This document shows, in pieces, positions 53,908-64,000 of a DNA stretch of 64,000 nucleotides. Under the pieces are notes generated by a model. The model saw only the letters and a list, made by a program, of their open reading frames with translations. It was not told the DNA's origin and made no database searches. The stretch is taken from assembly GCA_951406725.2 (NCBI GenBank), contig OX597816.1:104780001-104844000 (forward strand), given 5' to 3'. This DNA is from Octopus vulgaris (taxonomy: Eukaryota). The stretch's first letter is position 1, and each line of letters begins with the position of its first letter. The translations under genes and the position numbers were made by a program.

Positions 53908-54545
53908 CCTTGTTCAGTCCCACATCGTGGCACTTGGGGCAACTGTCTTCTAAATAAGCCGTAGGCTGAGTAACGCCTTGTGTGTCGATTTGGTAGACGG
54001 AAACTGAAAAGAAACTTGCCGTATATGTACAAATATATGTGTGTGTGTGTGCCTTAGTGCCTTTTTTGCCCTCCAATCTTCCATCGCTCGACGACCGGTG
54101 TTAATATATATAACTCCTAGTAATTTAGCGATTCTGCAAAAACGACCGAAAGAACAAGTACCAAGTTTTAAAAAATAAGTTTTTTGTTTAGTCTAGTGAG
54201 CATAATGACTAAGAATGCTTCAGTTCTTGGAATAGATTATCAACGTGTAATTAATCTGTATAGGTTCGCAGTTGTAGATCTATAAATGTAGTAAAGCCAA
54301 GATTTAATGTCGAATTTGTGAAGTTTTCACCTAACATTTGTGAAGTTTCCACCAAAAATTAGGCTCTATACACAATATTTCACAGTTTCAAGTCATTACA
54401 AATAACTCAAGACAGATCCCCGCGAGAATGGAATGAGTCAACATACATATTTTATATTCTGTTTCTAGTCGATTCGTGCGACTAATTTTTTTCAAGGCGT
54501 ATTTTTACATGATCGCAGTCTGATGACTGAAGCAAGTAAAGAATG
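53908..54545 (+). mobile_element. SINE family C split by a 287-bp insertion
   Basis: Matches the 37788 copy up to aaaaataagt (54180) and resumes at tcgattc (54469). Confidence 0.82.
54182..54468 (+). repeat. Near-identical copy of 57363-57671
   Basis: A few substitutions, and 2 versus 3 copies of the 22-bp unit atttgtgaagttttcacctaac. Confidence 0.95.
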
Positions 54546-54938
54546 AAATATAAGAGTTATATGTATGTAAATAAGTGTATGCATGTCTATACATATGCAT
54601 ATATATACATGCATATTTACATGTATTTATATATGTATATGTGCGTGCCTGAGTGTGGGCGTATTTATATCTTTCACTGGTCTGTAACACTACTGAAAGC
54701 AAACACGAGTGGAAAATGTTTAGACGTCAACAAAACCCACTAACTTTCGAACGTTCTTACATGATTCTAGACAAAAATAAAATGTAGCGCATTTGTATCG
54801 GGCTTTGAAACCTGTAACCAACGATGTCAATCAACATAAATTGAGAAGTAAAATGAATAATTTTTTTAAATTGAAGCTTGATAACAGGGTACCACGCAAC
54901 GAAAATTAAAACTTGAAATGTTAATATTACAATACTCT

Positions 54939-55520
54939 AAGACGGCGAGCTGCCAGAAACGTTAGCACGCCAGGCGAAATGTGTAACCGTATTTCGTCTA
55001 TCGTTACGTTCTGAGTTCAAGTTCCGCCGAGGTCGACTTTGCCTTTCATTCTTTCGGGGTCGATAAATTAAGCACCAGTTAAACACTGGGGGTCGATGTA
55101 ATCGACTTAATCCGTTCGTCTGTCCTTGTTTCTCCCTTCTGCGTTTAGCCCCTTGTGGGTTGTAAAGAAATAGGTATTTCGTCTGTCGCTACGTTCTGAG
55201 TTCAAATTCCGCCGAGGTTGAATTTGCCTTTCATTCTTTCGGGGTCAATTAAATAAGTACCAGTTACGCACTGGGGGTCGTTATAAACAACTTAATCCGT
55301 GTGTCTGTCCTTGTTTGTCCTCTCTGTGTTTAGCCCCTTGTGGGTAGTAAAGAAATTGGTATTTTGTCCATCTGTCTGTCCTGAGCTCAGATTCTGTCGA
55401 GTTCGAATTTCCCTCTCATCTTTTTGGGGTCAATAAAATAAGTATCAGTTGAACACTGGAATCGATGTCATCAACTTAGCCCTTCCCCGAAATTACTGGA
55501 CTCGTGCCAAATTTGAAACT
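54939..55520 (+). mobile_element. Trimeric SINE family A
   Basis: One head and three cores with a 185-bp period (54991, 55176, 55361); the third unit is more diverged and has a different tail. Confidence 0.92.
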
Positions 55521-56819
55521 AGTATTACCAAACTTTGAAGATATTCAACGAGAAACTCCATCGAACTATAAACTTTTCAGCTTCCAATAAGTGCACAGGT
55601 TGTTGTCAAAATATGGATAATTTTTGGAAAAATTTCCACTCTTGAAGCATAAACTAACATCAAGTCGTAAGAAACTCATCTGAGAAATTCAAAATTTCTC
55701 TACACACTGGTATTCGATTTCCTATTACATTATACACCATTGCCTTATTCTAAAAGAACTGCAGTATACCATTACACTTCTACGCCGAATTAATTATACG
55801 AATTATATAACTATAAAATTGTTTATGAAAACCGCTTTTACGAAACTGACCCATACTAAAAATGTCAATCACTCAATAACCTTCAAATTTCTGGCGTGGC
55901 ACCATTCTCTCAGCTGCTCCTAATAAGAAAAATATAAACTTAGTCAAATCAGCACAGAATGGTGTGGGTGGCCATTCGACTTTCTTGAATAGTTAGCAAA
56001 TTTCTTTCCAATTACTCCCGAAACTATTGAAGAGGAGACAAATACAATAGATAATTTAGACCTAGAACCGTTTCGTCTCAAAATATATCACGTAGTGCTT
56101 AAAGCTAGAATGACTGGAATAACATATTACGGGAGACTAACAATAATACAGAATATCAAACTACAACTATCTCCATGGATAGATATCATGTATATTCAAA
56201 CTCTGCAAGGTATCTTCATATCTGTTTTTCCACCAGATCAAAATCTTTCAAGAGATACCTCAGAATGGTAGCTGACGCTAAATATACTTCTTTCTATCTG
56301 GACGATTTTCTGTTTTCCAGCCATTAAATATGGTCACCTACAAGACTTCTCATGTCATTATTCTTTAGCAACAAAACCTTCCTTTCTTTTCCCTTACAGC
56401 CAACCATCGTACGAGATATATTCACATATAAATAGGATCATAATATGCATTCAATCATTTTGAAAGAACTTCATATACTTCAAATTTCAAGTCCCTTTAA
56501 GAGTACAATAGAAATTCAATAGTAAAAGTATCTTCTTTCGAAATTATCCGATCCCTTTCGATATGAAGATAATCTTCGATGAACTAAGTGATCTCTCTCG
56601 TATGTTTTAACACCTGCCACTAGTTTTAAATTGATCGGTTAAAAGCAATTTAAACTTGCCCAACGATCATACAGTAAATCAACCCGGGAAGCGTATCAAC
56701 TGAATAATCTGATATCAAAGAAGATGACACGCTGGAACATATTGATAATTTCTATATTTCTTGAACCAGGAATCTTCTGAACTTTTAGAAACTCTGTTCT
56801 TTATATGTTTCAATTTACT

Positions 56820-56975
56820 AACGTGCCCGCTTCACTCAGAAAATCGTTAAAGTAGTTTTCATCAAAGAATATTCAAGAGGACCTTCCATTTATATAGCAA
56901 TAAAGCTGTCGGCTTTTTATGGCACTGTGATACGATTGATCAATGCTTCAGTAAGAAATGTTGAAAACATAGCGT
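56820..56975 (-). pseudogene. Possible hAT transposase C-terminal remnant
   Basis: FSTFLTEALINRITVP*KADSFIAI*MEGP...F*VKRAR resembles FS...NRL...D.L..I..EGP; weak. Confidence 0.25.
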
Positions 56976-57362
56976 AAAATATTGATGGTTTCAAACAATA
57001 TGTTAGAAATACCTTAAATCCCCTCCTACTCAATTAACTGATCAGTTCAGTTTCCTAGTTCAAATCACTTTCTAATACAATGCAAATTACTTTGTGGCGA
57101 TTAAAATGATATTTTTATTCAAATGTCATACAGTGAAGATAAGTTATATATTAACAACAGACATCTTGACTACCATGTTTTCTGTAGGTTTAACATTAAA
57201 TCTATATAACCGTGTAAATAAATCTTCCTATGTTTCAAAGTTCTTCATTCTAACTCTCTTAGTGTCTAACTCATGCTAGAAATAAATCAATGAACTCACC
57301 CTGTTCTCTCCTAATTAACATGTGATCGAGGATCTCTGGCCGATTTACGCCAGTTTATTTAA

Positions 57363-57671
57363 TTTTGTTTAGTCTAGTGAGCATAATGGCTAAGAATGCT
57401 TCAGTTCTTGGAATAGATTATCAACGTGTAATTAATCTGTATAGGTTCGCAGTTGTAGATCTATAAATGTAGTAAAGCCAAGATTTAATGTCGAATTTGT
57501 GAAGTTTTCACCTAACATTTGTGAAGTTTTCACCTAACATTTGTGAAGTTTCCGCCTAAAATTAGGCTCTATACACAATATTTCACAGTTTCAAGTCATT
57601 ACAAATAACTCAAGACAGATCCCCGCGAGAACGGAATGAGTCAACATACATATTTTATATTCTGTTTCTAG
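57363..57671 (+). repeat. Probable donor of the 54182-54468 duplication
   Basis: Continuous with its flanks and part of an older duplication with ~58017-58205. Confidence 0.9.
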
Positions 57672-58464
57672 GAATTTTGACCTTACTTCTCTTATATACA
57701 TAATACATAAAAGAGACTTTGCAATAAATTTCCTTATGATTTCATCGTTTACACTTCTTGTAACAAAAACTGTTAATACATGATATAGTAATAGGATCAT
57801 CGTAACTACAGCACATTTATGATACTAAATATTTACCATGTTCATATCACAAAATTCCATATTTTTTTCGTATTTATATTATTTAAAGTATTACAATACT
57901 ATGTAATTATGTGAAATAAGGAGATGCATATACATCCCTGAAGAATCCGATGCAATTTAGAAGTTGAACTTCGTGAGTTTAATGTTTATACCTTCTTCTT
58001 TAAGTGTATAACATCCTAGAAAAGAATCAATGAACTAACATAATCCCCCACAAACTGAAATAATTGCAATCAATGTTCTTAGTATTATATGCTGATTGTG
58101 CAAGTTTACTTAATTTTGTTTAATGAGTCTTGTGAACTTAATGACTAGATGTTTCAATTTTCGAAATATGTGATCAATGTATGATTAATTTGACAAAGTT
58201 CATTTAGCCTCTTAAGTCAATTAAAATCTCATTGCAGCTTCAGCTTTAGGTGATGGGGAACATAATACACTATATTATTCGAAAACTTACCGTAGATATT
58301 TAACCGCTTAAAATTTATTTCCAGTTTTTACATTGAATCATATTGTACCTAATCTATCTACATACCTATAAGTATGTGGTGTGTGGGTGTGTGTGTGCAT
58401 TATCAGTAAATCATATTATTGTATATTATATACCATAATTCATATAACATAACATAATATATGT

Positions 58465-58630
58465 CAGGGAAAGCAAGCTAAAAGAATCGATAGAGCATCA
58501 ATCCTGCATAGATCAACTTTGCCTTTCAGCTCACCGGAGCTGATAGAAGATAATTCATTTAAGTACGGGAGTCAACGGTATCTCATCTCCTTAAAATTGC
58601 TGTCATTGTGTAAAAATTGAAAACAAATAT
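58465..58630 (+). mobile_element. SINE family A, old and deleted
   Basis: tcaactttgcctttca core and aaattgctgtcattgtg tail. Confidence 0.6.
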
Positions 58631-60414
58631 GGATGGAATTGACCTTCAATTAGAAGTATTTCTATTTAATAAAATTGTCTCCTTCAACATGGGATGAAAA
58701 CTGACTCTAAATATTAAACTACCACGCCTCATTTTCACTATTTCAAAATTCTGCAAAGTACAGAAAAATAATCCTTGTTCGTTGTTTTAATAACCTGAGT
58801 ACTTCTTGTAGAAATTAGCTATTTCATGAAATATTCACGTTTTGTTCCTTCAGCACTTCTCCGAGTGCGAAGAAAAATTTACTGAATATTTTGAATACAT
58901 GTCATTACCAACAGGATATTAATCATTAATATTTATAGTTATTTTATGCGATTTTCTCTTTTATTTAAAAATTCTTAACAGTTTTGGATTTAAAATGTTC
59001 TCTAATGACAGGTATGAAGCCGATGCCACAAGTAGACATCGGATCGTACAAGAACAGAACAAAATATTTAATCTTTGTTTGATATAAACCATTTTCTCCG
59101 ACTTTTATGCAGTATCCATTTATGGAATATAATCAAAGAAAAAAATAACTTTATAGCATTCCCATATGGCCATTGTAACAAATGTTTACAGTCTTAAACG
59201 TAGGATCTTCTTCATATGAAAGGCTTTCCATATATTATCCCGGCAACTCCTTTGAGTTGCAAGAGCAAAATAAAGAAACTGCATTGGCTGTTAGCTGTCA
59301 TTAATATATCAGTAAATTATTAAAGGGTACTGAGTTTCCTTTTAAAATAATCCCCTCTGAATTTTTATTTTCTAGTATAAAAATATTTCATAAATTTACA
59401 TTAGAAAAATAAAACAGAATATCTGACGAATTTCTGCACATTACTCAATGACTAATCTTCTCTTAATTACTTTCTAATAGCGGTTAGATTAGCTTTGACA
59501 GGTTGCTATGCACATTTTATCTGTCAGCAACATACAGCTGTTACCATGTCATTCCAAACGAAATGGAATGCATAATTTTATAGATACTTTCATTAATTTC
59601 TTTCAACCATATTTTCCTTTAGCACGGCGTCTGTGAATTCCACTAGTTTGATTTTTTTCCCAACAGGTTTGTATATATTCCTAGAACGTTGCTATAGTAT
59701 TTCAGTTTTATCCAGTTGAATTTTATCATATAATACCATTAGTTGCACCAATAATTTACTGACAGTTGCTTCGTTAGTAGGATTGTTACATATACAGTGA
59801 GCATATCGTTAGACATTATATAAGTTATAACATTGGTTCTACCGTTACATGTGCAATAAAATTACCACTAGATGTAACGCAAGCAATGCCGTCATTGTGT
59901 TGTTGGATGTAAAGTAAATTATACCCAACCATTGGTTTTAGCGTTAGCTTTACTGTAAGTAGCGGCGACAGATGTATAACTATCTTACCATTAGATATAA
60001 TGTAATGTTAGTCATACCGCTAATTTTAAAGTCGGTTGTGCATTTGTTGTACTGTTAGATGTTCCTAAAAATGTACGGTTAATGTAGTACTGTTATAAGT
60101 ACTGATAGACATAATGCTAGTTTAAAAGTTAATTGCTAGGTTAGTTATTGTTTAACCACAGAAGAACTCCGATCGAGCAGATTTATGGTCAAAATACATT
60201 CTAGCTGTAACCATCCTCTTTTTTTTTTTTTTTGTTATTCAGAGATATTGTATATTAACCCAATAGGTATTTTTATGTTACAGTGCTTATTTAGTGATGC
60301 ATAGTGAATTTTTTACTTTATTTTAGTAAATATTAACGGGAATATCAGTGAATATCGAATTCTCCAATACATTTTAGATCTTAATTGTTTGGGGTATTTA
60401 AAGGGCGAGAGCAA

Positions 60415-61420
60415 TACATGTCTGGGCTAAAAAGTTCAGAGGCTGACGATGAAGGAGTGGTGCTAGAGCTGTGGAATTGTAAATGTATTAATTTCAACTC
60501 TTGTTATTAATAACTGCAAAGTTTCCATCCAGATAAGTTGACTATCAAATACCAGCAGGGAAAGGCTTTTAGCCTCCAAGACTATTCATGCTGACATGGT
60601 TGCTATATTAGAGGATGATATTCCAGCTTCATCAACAGTGCTAGAGTGGGTAGCTGAATTTAGGAAGGGAAGGGAGAACTTGAAAGTGATCCAAGGTCTG
60701 TACGTCCTACAACTGCCACTACCGAGGAAAACATTGATCGTGTTCACCACTTGGTGATGGATGACAGGCGATTGAACATAAGTTAAATAGACAATGCCAT
60801 AAGCATATCTCGTTAGAGAGTTCAAAATATTCTGCACAATGAACTTGGCGTGACAGAGGTTTCTGTTCGATGAGTGCCACACCTTCTGACACCTAATCAA
60901 ACGCGTACCAGCTTGGTCACATCTAGGGGAAATCTGACATTGTTTGAGGCAGATCCAGCTGGTTTTTCTTGAACGATTTCATACTCAGGATGAATGTTCG
61001 GTTCATAACTTTGAGCCAGTGAGAAAAAGAGATAATCCATGTTGTGGAAACACATCACGTCACCTGATCAAAGAAGGTCAAGGTCATTTCTTATGCAGTG
61101 AAGATGATGACCTTAGTTTTGGGGGATGCAAAAGGCATTGAGCTTATGGACTATCTTCAAAATGACCACACCACCAATGAAGAGTAATATGTCAGCTTGT
61201 TGAAGCAGTTACTAAAGGCTATCAGGACCAAACATCTAGGAAAACTGATGAAAGGGGTCTTGTTTCAGCAGCACGCAAGTTCTAGATTTCAATGGTTGCT
61301 GTGCAATCGCGGCTTTGAACTCGTGGATCACCCTCCCTATTCTCTTAATTTGGTTTCATCTGACTAGCATTTGTTCCCAAACATGAAACACCGCTGGTCT
61401 AGGAAGCAGTATCTAAGCAT
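60415..61420 (+). pseudogene. Mariner transposase relic
   Basis: IHADMVAILEDDIPASSTVLEWVAEFRKGR, DPRSVRPTTATTEENIDRVHHLVMDDRRL, R*VPHLLTP, TQDECSVHNFEP and DHPPYSLNLVSSD*HLFPNMK; multiple stops and frameshifts. Confidence 0.93.
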
Positions 61421-61992
61421 TGCAACACCGATGGAAGAATTGCGTGAACCACAAGGAAAAAATAATCTTCTTTGTTCATATTTCATAAGAGTATCATGGT
61501 CAGCCTATGGACTTTTCAACGGACTGTCGTGTTATGCTGAGCAGTCCCATCACTTACAAAAGTTTTATAGTAATGATATCGCACGGTAAATCATACTGTA
61601 TTCAGTAAAATTCATATAAATCAACACAAACTGTAAATGCTGGCGTGTCTGCAATAGTGGATATGACTCACACCTGATTTAATAAACCAAAAAATGCACT
61701 CAAAGAGGAAATCACCAATTCACAAAACATCCCATAAGCAACTTTAACTATCCTCGTTATACTTGATTGTCCTTTGTGTGTGTATGTGCGTATGTGTGTT
61801 TTTATGTATGTATGTATGTTTGTCTGTAAGTGTATGTGTGTATGTGTGTGTATCTCTGTTGAAACATAAATCAAATAACTGCTGAAAGACAATGTTTTGA
61901 GTAGTTGTTTATTCGTGTTTCATGCTGCTTTTTTAATCATTTCGCTTTTTACAGACATCCCTACAAAAATTAATATCTTGTTACAACAATGT

Positions 61993-62303
61993 GATGGAGC
62001 ATGGCTTAGTGGCTCACGATCGCAAGGTCATGAGTTCAATTCCCGGCGACGCGTTATATCCTTGAGCAAGACACTTTATTTCACATTGCTCCAGTCAACT
62101 CAACTGGCAAAAATGAGTAGTACCTTTATTTCAAAGGACTAGCCTTGTCACATTCTGTGTCTCGTTGAATCTCCCTGAGAACTACGTTGTGGAGTATATG
62201 TGTTTGTGGAGTGGTCAGCCACTTGCACGTTAATTTCATGAGCAAGCTGTTCCGTAGGTCGGGTCAACTGGGGGCCATCGTCGTCGTAACCGTCAGAGTG
62301 CTT
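61993..62303 (+). mobile_element. tRNA-derived SINE, family B
   Basis: A box tggcttagtgg, B box gagttcaattccc, ccttgagcaagacact; body shared with 10590-10838. Confidence 0.87.
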
Positions 62304-62884
62304 GTTTAAAGTGCAACACAACAAAAGTGCCCTTAACTATACGTGAAAGCAACTTCAAAATTATATATTGTGGTTGCCAAAACTACATCATGTACAATAC
62401 ACCTAATTACAATGCATTCCAGCTCGCATATTTGTCAAGATAGATCTGCTGAAACAGATCAGGGGGAAGCTACTCCAAAATATTTGAAACGATCACACAC
62501 TTCTTCTTTCAACAATTTCTCTCGGTGTGCAATGCTATACAGATTACTTTGAATTGTGTAAGTGGCACACATCTCAATAACTAATTCGTCCAAATTGGTA
62601 ACAGCATTAACGTGCCACCAGTCTCATTCACTGTCAGAAAATCTTTTATTTATCCCATTTCACTAAATCTAATTACTACGAATAAGCAGTACAAACAAAC
62701 CATTCTATCAAAGATTTTATCCCAAGAAAGAAACAATATATTATAAAGATTTATTTGAATCAAAGAAGACTTTCAAGAAAATATTTGAATTGAGACTCAG
62801 TAAATAACCCGGTTCGAAAATTTGAGATATTCATTTTTCTTTTGTTTGATTTTTTTTTTTTTTTTGTAATAAAATTATTGTGAG

Positions 62885-63030
62885 TTTGTTGCTGCTGCTG
62901 ATGTTATTGCTGTTATCGTTGCTGTAATTGCTGATAATGGTGATGTTTTGTCGACGTTGTCGTTATAGTTTTGTTGATGTTGATTTTGTTGTTGCTTGTT
63001 TTTGAGGATGTTGTTATTGTCGTTGTTCCT
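62885..63030. repeat. Degenerate (GTT/GCT/GAT)n low-complexity tract
   Basis: Direct reading. Confidence 0.8.
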
Positions 63031-64000
63031 GTCAAAAACAGGCATCTAAACGACGAATATCGCTAATCCTTTTTTGGTTGTTTTTTGTTTGTTTTGTTTT
63101 CAAGTTTAGTGTATCTTGGACTGTGATCTTCCATTTTCGAGCTGTATGATGTAGGTTGAAGGTTAATTGACTACTAGTTACAAAAGATCGAGTGATCACA
63201 TGGAACCTTCTCCTCTAACACGAATACCGGGGATCGAGCATTAGCTTGTGTAAATAATGTTATACATTTTCGATGTATTGTTCCAACAAAAATAAAACTG
63301 TTTTCAGCAAATAACCGTGCTGTGTTTTTGTTCTGCACAAAAAGACATTTACTGAACAGGAATATTTAACCTGGTGTAATTTTAAAACAATAAAACGTTC
63401 TTTTAGAAAACCCAAGTTAGTCTAATTAAGTACCAAACAATACAATAAGATCTCAATATGTTCCCAATTTTTTCCGGCCATTTATTCATCACATTCAATC
63501 CCGTTAAACCATTTTCCGATAATCACATTCTCTTTTCCGCCACTTTCTTCAACTCTTAGATTGTGTAAAGGTTCCCATATTTCATCTATACATGACAATG
63601 TACAATTTGGTAGCATATAATAATAGCCAAATACAAACGGAAACAGCGGTATCACGCTCGTTTATTTGAAAAAGAGTCAAGTAAAGAACCCAACAGATAA
63701 TTACATATTGAAAATAGAGTTGTTCTAGCAGTAGGTGGAAACTTTGAGCATCATTTTGAACGAAGGTTTTATATTTTCTTGCATAATTGTTTTACTGCCG
63801 TTGCTCATTTGACAGGAATACTTTATCATATCGCTCTCCATAGGAATACATCAAAAGACATTTGAAATCTTAGAAAAACAAATATTAGCGACATGAAGTC
63901 GATATTATTGATTTACTGAATGCTATAAAATATGAAACCTTATAGCAATCATAGTTTTACAATTATTGTCAATAAGTTTCTTTCCTAGCTGTTTACTTTT

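Overview
AT-rich animal (eukaryotic) genomic DNA, intergenic or intronic, with no intact protein-coding gene that I can support. The long six-frame ORFs are translations of (TA)n/(CA)n/(TAA)n microsatellites. The repeat landscape resembles what I recall of Octopus or other coleoid cephalopod genomes; this is inference, not checked. The window is a transposable-element graveyard: many tRNA-derived SINEs of several families, RLE-type (R4/Dong-like) LINE fragments piled in (TAA)n tracts, a rearranged Penelope-like RT remnant, two mariner and one Tc1-like transposase relics, two non-autonomous Helitron-like copies and two MITE-like elements. The most notable signal is a set of non-coding fold-back elements with a minimal type I hammerhead ribozyme motif near each outer end. 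One is a 4.4-kb palindrome (2286-6755). Two are head-to-head dimers of a tRNA-headed SINE-hammerhead chimera with clear target-site duplications (19305-19768, 52179-52805), plus a solo fragment (26343-26519). All three fold-backs share one architecture: one arm carries an extra 3' tail and the other is clipped. This suggests non-autonomous ribozyme-bearing retroelements mobilised by Penelope-like elements. Coordinates were counted by hand; ends of degenerate repeats are approximate.
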